Notes under the pieces: model-generated
Told to the model about the DNA's origin: nothing
Seen by the model: the letters and a program-made list of their open reading frames with translations, nothing else
The model's database searches: none
Made by a program: the position numbers and the translations under genes
Shown here: positions 10,730 to 24,400 of the stretch, piece after piece
Numbering within the stretch: the stretch's first letter is position 1
How the letters are laid out: the number at the start of each line of letters is the position of its first letter
Origin: Prasinococcaceae sp. CCMP 1430
Taxonomy: Eukaryota; Plantae; Prasinodermophyta
Length of the DNA stretch: 64,000 nt
Assembly: GCA_013416795.1 (NCBI GenBank)
Contig: RQSC01001393.1
Span: 103,515 to 167,514, forward strand
Direction of reading: 5' to 3'

Positions 10730-12700
10730 TCAAGCGCGTCGGCGAACCTTCACCCCAGAGAAGTAGGCGGCGACGTTGGACATGTCCTGCAGCTCGTACA
10801 AGGCGAGCGTGCCGGCACTGCCGCCGCTGAGCAGCAGCGGCGAGCCGAGCGAGACGCCACGCGGCTGCCATGCGAGCGCGGAGACCACCTCGCATGCGCA
10901 GGCCGCCGTGCTATCGGACGGAGGCGTGCCAGCGGCGGGCGCGGTCGGGTCGGCGGCGCTCTGCTCACGCTCGCCGCCGCCGCTGCCGCCCTCGGCGCCA
11001 CGCTCGCGCACGCCGAGCGAGTTGCGCGCGACGGCTGTGGGGCGCGCACGCGGGAGGCGATGGAGGGGACGGGTGGCGCAGCGGGGTCAGCGGCGAGCGC
11101 GAGCGATCCTGTTCGCAGGGCGCGGCACGAGAGCGACGCAGACGCGCACGCGCGGATCGCCGCGGCCACGGGCGGGCGCGCGCGCGCGCTCTCTCTCACC
11201 GTCGCGCCAGTGCTCGTTGTACACGTAGACGTGCCCATCCTCGCTGCCGCACGCGGCCATCACGCCGCCGTGCTCCAGGTCGGCATCGCTGATGGAGAAG
11301 CCCAGAGGGCCGCAGGCGCCCACATTCTGGTGCGCGTACCAGCTGCGGACGTGCGCGTCGTTCCAGTCGTGCGGCTGCGCGCCCGGCGGCGCGACGCTGC
11401 CGTCTTCGCTGCCGTCGTCCGATTCGGACTGGACGTTGCACAGCCGCGCGCCCGCTCCGGCGGTCAGCATGCCCACCCGATCGGGGCGCCCGTAGCAGAC
11501 GCTCTCGAGGACGCCCTCGACCTCGATGCTCTGGATGTGGCAGAGCCCGGCATTGGCGTCGTCGCCCGCCGCCCGCGCGCGCAGGCGAGCGGACGTGCGC
11601 TTGCGCGTCGCGGGCGACCCGGCCTCGCGCGCGTGCGAGACGTCGTATATGTGCACGAGCCCCGCGGCGGTGCCGACGGCGAGGCGGTTGTCGCTGGCCG
11701 AGGAGAAGCCGATCGACCGCACCGCGCTGCGACAGCCCACGGCGATCTCCCTGACGTCGCTCCTGTCGGGCACGCGCCGCAGCGTCTGCGCGGTCGCGCG
11801 CACCGTCACGAGCGACACGATGCCGCCGTCGGTGCCGACGGCGATCATCGAGCCGCACGAGTCCGCGTCCGCGCCCGCCAGCCCCTCCGCGCAGGCGCCG
11901 TTGCCCGCGCGCAGGATCGCGTGTCCTTCGACCTCGCTCCCGGTGGTGTCCGCGCCGTCGACGCTCCGGCCGTCGGCGTCCTCGCGCGGGCAGGGCGCGG
12001 CGATGCAGGTGATGTCCCCCCCCTCGACGACCGTCTCCATGACCATCGAGCCGGTGGAGAAGTCGAACACCATGAGGTTGCCGCCGGCGCCGCCCGCGGC
12101 CAGCATGGAGTCGCTCCCCGGCACCCAGCAGATGCCGCCGGGGTGGCCGTCGGGGCGCACCCAGTGCGCGGTGGCGGAGAACGAGCTGGCGGCGGCCGCG
12201 ACGGCGTCGCCGGCGGGGGTGGACGACCCGCTCGTGCCGACGCCCACGAGGTCGTTGCTGCTCCCGCACACCGGCCGCATGCCGAGCGCCGGCCCCGCCC
12301 CCGTCCCACCGCCGCCGTTGGCCGCCAGCGCGTCCGCCAGCGTGAACACGCTCACCTTGCCGCTCGCCCCCGCGACGGCGAAGTACCTGCCGCTGGGGTG
12401 CCACGCGATCTCCTCGACGCGCTCCTTGCCGCCTTTGCCGCCGCGCCCCCCCGCCGCCGCCGCGCGGTGCGACACGAGCGTCAGGCGGCTCGGCGGCGGC
12501 ATGGTGCGCTCCGCCCAGCTGCTGCGGAAGCTCCAGGGCACCACCCGCGGCATGCCGGGCCTGCCCTTGCCCGTCAGCGATCCCGATCCCCCGCCCCCCG
12601 CCCCGCGATCGCCCAGGGCGGCCGCGACGTGCGCCACCGCGCGCGCGACGTCCGCGTCGCGCGCGCTCTCCCCGTCGCCGCCACTCGCGGCTCGCGGCCT
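10730..12700 (-). CDS. WD40-repeat protein (at least 2 exons; 5' exon(s) toward about 13260 unresolved)
   Basis: IAWHPSGRYFAVAGASGKVSVF, ICWVPGSDSMLAAGGAGGNLMVFD, VMAACGSEDGHVYVYN, ALAWQP..LLLSGGSAGTLALYE. An intron at about 11200-11040 joins the two ORF-track frames. Confidence 0.8.
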
Positions 12701-14156
12701 GCCCGGCCGCTGGCGGCGTCAGTGGGGGTGTCGGGGGCCGCGACGACATCGGCGCGCGCGGCGACGTGGAAACCAGGTTACGAAAGCTCCCCGGGTTACG
12801 GGGTGCGCCAAAGGGGAGTCGAAGCGTGCCGTGCGGAGTGTGGGCCGAGATGGGCCGGCGCCTTGACGCGGGCTACCAGGCGCTCTACCATTTCCTGGAG
12901 TGTTCGGACGGGCCCGAGCAGGAGAAGAAGCCGTGGGGCACGCTGGCGACTGTGGCGCGCCTCGACGAGCGCTGCAACACTACCACATTCAACGCGTCCA
13001 GGCGCGCGCCGGCAAACCCCGCCACCGGCTGGAAGTGCCATCAGAAGACACTGGGCTGAAGCGCATCGCGGGACGCGAAGCCGATTCGTGCCAGCGAAGG
13101 CAGGCGAGCGCACGGATGCAGATGCACTCCATTTCTCCAACGACGAGATGGTCGGACGCCCGCGCTCCCGCCTGGAAGCGCTGGCGCGCTCGCAGCGCGG
13201 CGTTGCGCAGCGCAGCGATGTAGTCTTCTCCGAGCAGCCCCCTCCAACCCCTTTCCATCCATNGCGGCGCGACGCCGGCCGCACCTGCAGCGCCGCCCGC
13301 GCGCACCGGCCGCCGCGCGCGAAACGCGCCAATTTGGAATCCATAAATGTGTATGAAATACATTCGTTCATCCATAAATGGATACTGTAATACATATGGA
13401 TTCAATCGAGTGGATTCCGCTCTGCGCGCGCGCGCGCGCGCGCCGCAATTCAGCAGGGGCTCATAGGGCGGGACGGAACGCGAGACCAAACCAGCAAAAC
13501 GGAATCCAATTGTGAATGTAGATAAACCATCGTTACGCGAATTGGATACTGCACACAAAGTGGATAAAACGACGCGGATTCCGAACCGCGCGGACGGATC
13601 GCGCGCGGGCGCGGGAGCCCGAATGCGCGCGCGTTTAGGGTTTTCATTGTGTTAGGGTCTATGATTCACGTGAATTTTTATGCGATCGACGCGCGTCCTC
13701 CGCGGAGGCGTGGTTTGGGGTGGCGTGGGGGAGTGCCGAACCGTGTGGGGCCGCGCGCGCGCGCGTGGCCGCGCGTCCACGCGACACGACACGCGTGTCG
13801 CGGAGGGGCACGAATGCACGCGCGCGCGGCCGCGCGGCCGCGCGTGTGTGCGTGCCCCTCCGCCAGCCTCTGACTGGCCCGGGCGCGCGCTGCGCCAGCG
13901 CAGCAGCGTGCGCGACTCGTCCAACGAAGCCCGCGGCCCCACGCCGCACACGTTTGAGAGCCCGGGGCCGCGGGCGCGGGCGCGCGGGCACGCGCGGGCG
14001 CGGCGCGCGCGCGTGGCGCGACGCCGTCGCGGCGTATTTTAACATCCGTAAAATTTTCCTCGTATTTGATTATCCATGTGTACATCGTGCGGAATAAAGT
14101 CCATTTCGGCGCGACGCACGCGAAAGATTCCGATTCGTATTCCGATTGACGCGGCG

Positions 14157-14285
14157 CCCATCAAAACGCAGGCGCGATGGGTTGCGCCCGTCAAAACGCA
14201 GGCGCGATGGAGTGCGCCCATCAAAACGCAGGCGCGATGGGTTGCGCCCGTCAAAACGCAGGCGCGAGGCTGTGCACCCCATCAG
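14157..14285. repeat. 30-bp tandem minisatellite, 4 copies in A-B-A-B order (CCCRTCAAAACGCAGGCGCGATGGRKTGCG)
   Basis: Directly visible; one extra copy near 14430-14462. Confidence 0.9.
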
Positions 14286-14699
14286 CTAGAAGCGCGCTGG
14301 TTCTCTCTTCGGGGAAAGAACCACTCTCATCCCGGTTCACTCACGGGAAAATCCCGATCGCGCCGCGCCCGTCCCCGGAGAGGCACGCGCGGACCAGGTT
14401 CGTCATCCGCGAGCCCGTCGCAGCGCGGGCGCGATGGTGTGTCTGCCCATCAAAACGCATGCGTGCCCCTCCGGGCGAGCTTCGGGGCGCGCGCGGCGGC
14501 GGCGAGTCAGCAGCGGCAGCGCGCGCGGGCCGCGGGGTGGGGTTTGCGGAAGCCGATTTCGGCGCGCGCGCTTTTTTTTTGAAACAGACGTTTTTTTTGA
14601 AACGGACTTTTTTTTTTGGAGGGCGTCGGCCGGTCGGCGCGCGAGGCGGCCTCGCGCGCCGCCGCTCGAGGACGCACACGAAGCGATCGGGCTCTCACC

Positions 14700-15839
<1,140 letters not shown>

Positions 15840-15840
15840 N

Positions 15841-18032
15841 AGGGCCGCCCCGCCTCGGCGGCGGCGCCGCTGCTGGCGACGCTCGTCGTGCGCGACGCGT
15901 CGCGCGGCATCGAGTGGGGGGGCTTCGCCGGCGGCGCCGAGTCGCACGCCGCGGAGCGCGGCGTGGAGGGCGGCCTCGTGCTGGAGTTCAAGCTGCCCGC
16001 GCTCGCCGCCAAGGCCGCCGGCAGCGAGGGGCGGCGGTCGCGCAAGGGCTTCGGGATGGCCGAGATCTCCCTCGACCTGGAGCCCAGCGGCATGTGGTTC
16101 GGCGGCGCCCACATGATCAAGCAGGCGTGGCCGCTCAACGAGGCCTGCCTCGAGGTGGGGCCGTACTACCCCTTCGACAACGGGCCGAACGGCGTGAACA
16201 CGCTGTGCGGAAACCAGTGGGTGACCAGCGCGGGCCTGCTCGTGATGGTGGACGCCGACACGCCCTTCCTGCACGTGGGCATGAACGCCATCAACCGCGG
16301 CTTCCTCGGGCTGCGCGCCCTGCGCCGCGCGTGGGGGGTGGGCATCCAGAACGCGGTGCGCGAGGAGCTGCCGCGCATGGCGTCGTGGTCCAACCCGGGC
16401 GACGGCCTCCTGCGCCTGCAGGCGCGCGACAGCTTCGAGTGCAGCCGCGTGCGCCACCCGCTGTCGGACTGGATGCCCGCCGGCCTGGCGGACAAGGCCA
16501 AGCAGCTCCCGCAGCTCGTGGAGCACGTGGCGGAGGAGGTGCTCGAAAAGCTGCCCGGGGAGGTCGCGACGCTCGTGGAGGACGCGCTGCACGCGGAGGA
16601 CATGCAGGCCGCCCGCGAGCAGGCCGCCGCGATGACGCCCGCCCCGCCGCAGGAGGGCGAGCTGCTCGCCCGCGTCGTGCTCGCCGCCAAGGCGGACGTG
16701 CGCGAGGCCACGCGCGTGGGGCTGGCGACGCTGCCCAAGCCCTCGCGCCCGCCGCCCGTGGACATGCTGGCGCGGCCCATCTGGACCACGTGGGCGCGCT
16801 ACAAGCAGCGCGTCGCGCAGAAGGACGTGACCGAGTACGCGCGCCAGATCTGCGACCGCGGGCTCTCGCACAGCGTCATGGAGATCGACGACAAGTGGCA
16901 GAGCGAGTACGGCGACCTCGAGTTCGACCCCGTCAAGTTTCCCGACCCGAAGGCCATGGTGGACGACCTGCACGCCCGCGGGTTCCTGGTGACGCTCTGG
17001 GTCATGCCCTTCGCGGCGGAGTGCTCGGAGGCGTACCAGGAGGGCGCCCCGAGGGGCTACTTTTGCGGCGGCGACGCCAACCCCCGCAAGGGCCTCAAGG
17101 CGGGCTTCTTCAAGTGGTGGAACTCGCCCGACGTCGCCGCGCTCGACCTGACCAACGACGAGGCCGTGGAGTGGTTCGTCGGGCGCCTGCGGCGCCTGCA
17201 GGACAAGTACGGCATCGACGGATTCAAGTTCGACGCGGGCGAGCCGTGCTTCCTGCCCCGTCGCGTGCAGACGTCCAAGCCCATGGCGACGCCCGTCGAA
17301 TACACGCGGCTGTGGGTGACCAAGGTGGCGGCCAACTTCTCGGTGGCCGAGGTGCGCACGGGCCACCGTTGCACGGACACGTCCATCCTCACGCGCATGG
17401 GCGATCGCTTCAGCACGTGGGGCACCGGAAACGGGCTGCGCTCGACCATCCCGACGCTGCTGACCAGCGGCGTGCTGGGCTACCCCTTCGTGCTGCCTGA
17501 CATCGTCGGTGGCAACGCGTACTTCGGCTCGTCCCCGGACGCCGAGCTGCTGGTTCGCTGGGCGCAGGCGAGCGCGCTCATGCCGACCGTGCAGTTCTCG
17601 ATCGCGCCGTGGGACTACGACGGCCGCGGCGGCGGCGACGATCGCATTACCGGCATCACGCGCGACGCGCTCGCGACGCGTGCGCAGCTGGCCTCGCGGC
17701 TGCGCGAGCTCGCTGCCAGCGCGTGCGACGCCCTCGTGCCGATCGCGCGGCCGATGTGGTGGCTGGCGCCGAGAGACCCGAACACGTGGCCCATCGCCGA
17801 CCAGTTCGCCATTGGCGACGACGTCGTCGTCGCACCGGTCGTCACGAAGGGTGGCAGGCAGAGAGACATTTACTTGCCCGAGGGCGACTGGCTGCCGGGC
17901 TCGGACCCGGAGACGGTCATCGAGGGCGGCCGCTGGCTGCGCGACTTCCCCGCTCCGCTGGAAGAGCTGCCGTGCTTCTACAGGGCGCACTCGGTAGCAG
18001 CGGCGTGCGTCGCCAAGCCGCGACGGCCGTAG
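15841..18032 (+). CDS. Glycoside hydrolase family 31 (MYORG-like alpha-glycosidase); N-terminus hidden by poly-C/N
   Basis: PIWTTWARYK, MEIDDKW, GIDGFKFDAGE (nucleophile Asp), LPDIVGGNAY, PIARPMWWLAP, DQFAIGDD, DIYLPEGDW. Confidence 0.93.
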
Positions 18033-18493
18033 ATCGCCTCCGGTGGCGCGGGCACGGTCGACCTGGCGAGCCGTACGACAGGTGCTCAAACTCGCGTGTG
18101 CGTGCGCACGAGACGCAATCACACGTCCGAAACTCGAGAAAGAAACAGCAACAACAACGCCGGCCACGCATGAGAGCGCCGGCGCGAGAAACGCGAAATG
18201 ACGAGGCACGCGCTGGGGGACGCAGGAAAGGCGCCCGCTCCCCCCCCCCCGCGCGCACGTGCAGCAGCCTGCGCGTGCAGAGCAACCCCCGCACTCGCGT
18301 TACCACACTACTACTGCTACGCCCTTGCGCTTGCGGAGGGCGCGTAATACGAACATGTATGAGATCATCGCGACTGCATGCGCGCATGCGACGGAGCCCC
18401 GTCGTCGGTGCGCAGGCCTGAGGGGCGCGCGAGCCCGCGCGGGTGCTCGCACAGGCGTCGCCGGGGCGCGCTTATTATTACAGGACAGCGTCA

Positions 18494-19365
18494 TTAGCTC
18501 GTGGCGGGCGGGTCCGACACGGCGAGGCCCTCGAGCGCGTCCAGTGGCGGCTCAGCTGGTGCCTCGGCGGGTGCCGGAGGAGGCTTCGGCCGGTCCTTGA
18601 CGAACACAGCATCCATTCGGCACCTGTCGACGCGGAAGGTGCGCGAGCCCTTTGCAACGAGCCGTGCGCACTCGCTGGGACTCTGCACCGATGCGTCAGC
18701 GACGCTCGAACGCGCACACACGCACGCGCGCTTCAGCGCTCGTCCGCCTGAGCGCGTCGGCGAATGCAACTCGCGCGCTCTCTCGGCCTCAGCCGCACGC
18801 CCTCCAGCACGTGTGGACACAAGGCGCACACACCTTGATCCGCACGCGGACGACTCCTCCAGGCAGCTTGCCCGCGTCGGCGGCCTGCTTGAGCACCCAC
18901 AGCCGGCGGTTGTTCAGCGACGCGCGGCGCACTTCTCCGCTCGCCCGGTCGGTCCACTCGACGCACGCGATGACGGGCAGCGCGCTCGGCTCGAGCTCCC
19001 CGCTCAGTATCGATGCCAGGGTGTCCTCCACCTGCGCCCGCGCCCACGTGCGTCCGGCCGCGCCGCCCGCGCGCGTCAGCAGCCCAGGCGGAAGCGCGTC
19101 CACGCCCACGCAGGCGCGCATGCGCAGCTGCCGCGGCGGGGTATACCCTCGCGCGAGGTTGGGAGGGGCGCCCCGTGGGCGCTGGCACGCGCGCACGGCG
19201 GCCGCCTCGCACCTTGCGGCCGCAGCCGCTGAAGGTGCGGTCGATTTTCCCATAGGAGAAGAGGACGGTGCGCGGGTCGACGTCGTCGAGGTACTCGCCC
19301 GCTTTGAGCGCCGGCGCGGGCGCGCCGCCGCCCTTTCCGCCCCCGCCGGCCTTCTTCTTGCCCAT
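18494..19365 (-). CDS. Conserved uncharacterised 3-exon protein with SLNNRRLWV motif (predicted ParB/sulfiredoxin-like fold)
   Basis: Spliced product MGKKKAGG..VDPRTVLFSYGKIDRTFSGCGRK|VEDTLASILSGEL..SLNNRRLWVLK..RVRIK|SPSEC..FRVDRC; GT-AG introns at about 19216-19034 and 18833-18680. Confidence 0.75.
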
Positions 19366-19501
19366 GGCTGTCAGGTGGCGCGCGCGCCCTCGCGGCGCAT
19401 GCCCGCGCGCGCGCGCGCGCGCGCTGTGTGGCAGGGGGGGCGCACACGTGTACGCATCGACGGCGACGCTTTTACTGCCAAGCAGCGCCCACCCCCAGCG
19501 C

Positions 19502-21088
19502 CTACCGTCGCAGCGACGCCTCTCGGCGCGGCTTGCGGCCGCCCAGCCGGGCGACACGGGCGCGCTCCACCGGCTCACCGAGAGCCGGAAGGGGAAGGCA
19601 AGGCGATGCCCGCCCGCCTATCATCGCCTCGCGCCTCTGCCTCTTGGCAGGGCTGCACTCGACGCAGCCATGTCGACTCCCGCGGCACTTGGCGCAGCCG
19701 TGCTCGTACACGACCCGCGCATCGTGGGTCTCGTCCTGGAAGCGCTTCGGAGGTCGAGCGTTGCGGCGCAGGCGCGGGTGCTGAGTGCCTGCGCGCGAGG
19801 CCCCAGGCACCGTCGCCGCGGGAAACCACCCGGCCGCCATCGAACGCGCCACGCCCTGCGATGCCTTCTCCGCTGCTTCTTCCGATGGAGGGTGCCTACC
19901 TGCTGTCGGCGGCGCTGCCCCACCACTAGCCGTCGCTGTCGTTTCGCAGGCGAGCGCCATGAGCTTCTCTGCCGCCCCTGGTGCTGCCGCGGGAGCCGTC
20001 GCCGCCTCTCCCGGCGTTGGCGTCGCCTGCGTGGGGGCCACGGGCGTCACAGGTACGACCCTGTTCTGTTGCGCACCAGCGGCGGAGGCGACCTGCAAAG
20101 CATCAGCTGCAGCTCCCGTCACTTCGGAGTGATAGTCCTTGAGGCGCGCGGGAGGACCCGAGCTCCGACGCGCGCGTGCTGGCATGGCCACACTGCCAGC
20201 GCGCCGTAGCTCGGCGAGCGCGACGGCTTGCCCGTCGGCGGACCCCTCGCCGCGTGACTGACGCGAGCTCTGCAAGGCAACGAGCGCTTCTGCCCCCTCC
20301 CTCTGCAGCGCCGCAGATGCTGGCGACGTCATTGTCCCTGCGCACGCAGGTGCAGCACCGACGCCTGCACCACCCGAGAAGGGCACCACAGACGTGAACG
20401 CCTCCGAGACCGTCGTTCCCTCCGGCGTGCTGGGCTCACCGTTTCCCCCACCCGTCCTCGGTTGCCTCCTCTCCATGCTGCTTGCTCGGATGCCATCCCC
20501 GGCGTCGGCTCCTGCGGGTGGCCGCGCGCGCCCTGGCTGCGCGGCTGCCCGCCTCTCGGGCTCGCTCGTCCTTTCGCGCGGGGCTGATGTCATGTGGTCT
20601 GTAACGTCTGCGGGGATGCCCTGCTTCAGCGCACGATTCTCCGCTTGCAGCTCCCTAGCAAGGGCGAGGTCGAGGTCCGCCTTCGCCGCCTTCACCCTCA
20701 GCTCTGTCCTGAGCGCATCTATCTGGCGCTTCAAGTCTGCCTGCTCGGCCTTGGCTTGGTCCTGCACGCGGCCGAGAAGCATCCGCAAGTTGCTTTCGTG
20801 GCGATCGGCGGCGGCGCCCTCGCGCGCGCGCGCGGCGTCGCGCTCCGCGCGCGCGGCGTCGCGCTCCGCGCGCAGCTGCTCGGCCTCGCGCTCGGCCTTC
20901 GCGGCGCGCTCGACCTCTTCCTCGAGGCGCTGCTCCGCGATGTCGACCTCCAGCGCGAGGTGCGCGGCGTCGTTCACGCGCGACTCGAGGTGGGCCGCGA
21001 GCACCTGCTGCCACTCCTCGAGGTTGGGCGACGCCGACAGCATTCGGGGCGCGCGGAAGGGGGCGTGGCGCGCGCCGGGCGGCGCCAT
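19502..21088 (-). CDS. Hypothetical protein: N-terminal coiled coil, low-complexity middle, C-terminal CxxC-x5-CxxC motif
   Basis: ATG at 21088; heptad-rich EQRLEEEVERAAKAEREAEQLRAERD; HGCAKCRGSRHGCVECSP near the C-terminus. Confidence 0.6.
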   Translation of the reverse strand: MAPPGARHAPFRAPRMLSASPNLEEWQQVLAAHLESRVNDAAHLALEVDIAEQRLEEEVERAAKAEREAEQLRAERDAARAERDAARAREGAAADRHESNLRMLLGRVQDQAKAEQADLKRQIDALRTELRVKAAKADLDLALARELQAENRALKQGIPADVTDHMTSAPRERTSEPERRAAAQPGRARPPAGADAGDGIRASSMERRQPRTGGGNGEPSTPEGTTVSEAFTSVVPFSGGAGVGAAPACAGTMTSPASAALQREGAEALVALQSSRQSRGEGSADGQAVALAELRRAGSVAMPARARRSSGPPARLKDYHSEVTGAAADALQVASAAGAQQNRVVPVTPVAPTQATPTPGEAATAPAAAPGAAEKLMALACETTATASGGAAPPTAGRHPPSEEAAEKASQGVARSMAAGWFPAATVPGASRAGTQHPRLRRNARPPKRFQDETHDARVVYEHGCAKCRGSRHGCVECSPAKRQRREAMIGGRASPCLPLPALGEPVERARVARLGGRKPRREASLRR

Positions 21089-21482
21089 GGCCGCCCGTCT
21101 GGACTCCTGCTGCCTCGAGTCCCCGCACAGCGCTCCGTCCCCCCTCTCTGGTCCCTCTTTCACGCGGGCCCTGGCGGGGCGGGGCGCGCCGCGTGTGCGC
21201 CGTGTGGCACCGAGCACCACACAACAGCAGCAGCCGTTTCGTTTGTGTGTGCGCCGTACGCCCGTGAAGAGCACCGACATTGCACGCCCTCGATCCCCCT
21301 ACTCACTCACACACACACACACACACACAGTGCACCGCGCCGCCCACCGCTCGCGCCTGTGCCTTGACCTGCGTACCGCGAGAGCGCCCAAGGCCGCAGG
21401 GTGGGGTGGGCGGGGGGGCGGCCTGCGCGCCTCCTCCGTGGGCCTGTCGACAAGTACATATGGTATATCACTGGAAGGCGAC

Positions 21483-24400
21483 TCAGCGCGCGCGGGGCAA
21501 GCTTGAGACGTTCGCCTGCGCCTTCGGTGGGGTGGGGTGCGTTGGCGCGCGGGAGATGAGGGGCGACACGTGAGAGCCGCCGCGCATGGCAGCCGGCCGG
21601 CTCGCTGCCACCGTCGGGTTGCCCGCCTTGATCCCCTCCCACGCCCTCGTCTTCCAGTCGCTATGCATCTCGGCGCCTCCCTCGCTCTTGACCTCGGCCT
21701 GCAGGACGACGCGCGCGCCGTGCGCCGTGCGCGAGATGCAGAGCACTGCCTCTCCGGCGGCCGCGCGCGCGCCCGCGTCGGGATCGCCGGCGCTGAGCGC
21801 TCGCAGCCGCCACACGACGTCCATACCTGAGTCGCACACCGCACGAGCGGCGGTCGAGCCCCCCCGCCCGCCCAGCGTCCCAAGAAAGAACGCCGCGCCC
21901 ACGCGCACCTCGGGATACGTCGACAGCAGCAGCTCCGCCGCACGCTCGTGCGCGCACGCCTCGAGGACCGCGCGCACGCCCTCGCGCGACACGAGCACCT
22001 CCGCCGGCGCTTGCGACACGGGCCGCTCTTCCACACCGCCGTCTGGCACAATGTTGCCCTCACGCGCAATCGCGAGGTCGTCGGCGTCAATGCCGAGACC
22101 CGTGCCCTCCTCATTCCTCGCATCGTCGAAAGCATCTTCGACCCCGGTGGCACCGCCGACAGGCTGGATGATGACGCGCTCCAAGGCTGCCAGCGCAGCC
22201 GCGCGGCATGCGGCCGTGTCCGCGTCTGTCAATGGGGTGGTGACACCCGTGCGCGCGGCCGTCATTCGACTGATGCCCTCGTCGCTGGCGTCGCCGAGCA
22301 TGCTCACAAGAATCCCTACCCACTCGGCACGTGCGATGGAGCCCTCAAGCACCGAGGCCACCTTCCCTGCCAGCGAACGCGCCACACGCGAGGGCGCCCG
22401 CCGAGTGAGCACCATGAGCCGCTGAAGCGCCGCCCCCTCCGCCTCGGCGCTCAGCAGCGCTTCGGCGGCGCTGTCGGTCGACGCGATGGAGATCAGCGCC
22501 TGCCCGGCCGCGACAGCTATGGTGCTGTCCCCGTTGACGCCCAGAGCGTCCACCAGGGCATCCAGCGCAGCAATCTCTTCCTTCGTCGCTCCCCCAGTCG
22601 AGGCCGCCACTGTCTCGCGCTCCACCAGAGTGTTGAGTGCTTGCTCGATGGCCGAGGGGACCACCTGGCGCCTCAACAGCGCCTCAGAGATAAAGCACTT
22701 CACAATGCTCGGAAGCAGGCGAAGCCACATCAGCAGCCACGCAGCGATGTGTTCGGGTGCGCGTCGCAGTGTTCGCACCGCAAGTGCGCGCCGCTGCTGT
22801 TTGGGTAGTGCTCGCCACTGGCGTAGCCGCTGTACCCGCCCTACCGGTGTCTTCGCCTGCATCGATGAGCGCACCGATGCGCGCGAGCGTCCTGACCCGC
22901 GCGCGGGCAAGCGAGGACCCCTCGGCGACTCGCCCGGCGAATGCGACGGCGGATCGCCAGCGGCACTGCCCGAGCCCGTGCCGCTCTCGACGTCGCCGGC
23001 GACATCCTTTCCGTCGCTGTCGGCGTCGCTCTCTGCAAGGTCGCTCAGATTATCCTCGGTGAATTCGACTCCGCGCTCACGCAGTCGCTGCCGCTTGAAC
23101 TCACGCTGCTTCTCACGGTCCTTGGAGCGATAGAAGGCTCGGCGCCATGGGTAGAACGCACGTACGCCTGCGAGCGAGCTTGCCGCGGCCCGTGCACACC
23201 GCGCACGATGCACGCGGGACGCAGCACGCACGTCGTCGAAGGTGTCGCCGATCAACTCCACCGCAGCCGCGCGCGCATCCGCGAGGTATTGGCGGGCGCG
23301 TTCGACATCGCGGCCAGACGGACTCCCAGACGAGCGCGCGCCTGGAGCGATGCCTTCCGCGCGAACGAGGCCTGTGAGTGTCGCAAGTGCACCTGTGCGC
23401 GCGAGCATATCCGCGGCCTCCTCCCGCGAGTGTGCATGTGCCCCCGACCACACTGTGCGAATCTCCACAACACAGCGATGCATGGCTCGATGGCGAAATG
23501 CGAGCACGCAGCTGGGTGGCTGTAGGTAAGCGCATGCCACCGGGATGCGCACACGTGCGACCTCGTCTGAGCTTCCCTGTGCGTTCGACGCCAGGTCTGA
23601 GTCCGCGTTGACAATAGGTGGTGGTGGTTCCAAGAACTCAGGGTTGTGCTCGGGTAGACAGTCTTCCGCGTCCACGACCGATGATACATGCGACTGCACG
23701 CTCGCCCGCGCGCGAGGGCCATCGTCGGCCTGTAGGGTGCCTGTCAGGTGCGGTGACATCGGCGACGCTGGCGACATCTCGCTCACAGATCGACCATTCT
23801 TGAGTTGGGTGGGGCGTGCGTGGCCACTGCGGCCGCGAAGACGAGGGCGCGTGTGCGCGGCGGCACTCCCTCGCCGAGCGTCACCAGTGATGGCATCGTC
23901 GAATAGGAGTGTGCACCGTAGACCCACCGCTGCTTGCTCCAGACACGTGGCGCTTCTGACGTCAAATGCGCGCTCAAAGAACGATGTCACGTCATTGAGA
24001 TCGATTCCATCCACGCCCCTGAGCGCGTGCTCGACCGCGTGAGCCTCCCAGCTACCAGCAGCACATGCACAGGCGAAGCACGCGACCAATCGTAGACGAG
24101 GCGTGGCGTCGGAGAGCAAATCAGCCAGCGGCATCCCACTTGGGATGCTCGACGAAAGGGCATCCCGATAGGCCTCATCCTCAACATCGCGAAGGTGTAG
24201 CTCATCGCCTATGGCCTCTCGCGCGCGCTTGACTGCCCGCCGGCAGCGGATCGCCGCGACGGCGCCGACGATAGGCGACCCAGTCACAGATATGGCGTAA
24301 GCAGCACTGCTCACCGCTCCCAACGACAAAAACATCGACAAAAGCTGTGTGGCGAATGCGATGCTGGCGCACCAAATCGCCGCACCAGTGACGGCGCAAG

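Noticed and set aside
12780-13262. Independent gene between WD40 and the N at 13263
   Set aside because: Several short ORFs on both strands with no recognisable motif; may be 5' exons of WD40 but cannot be supported.
10607-13390. 927-aa plus-strand ORF
   Set aside because: Antisense shadow of the WD40 gene in GC-rich DNA; Arg/Ala/Gly-rich with no domain.
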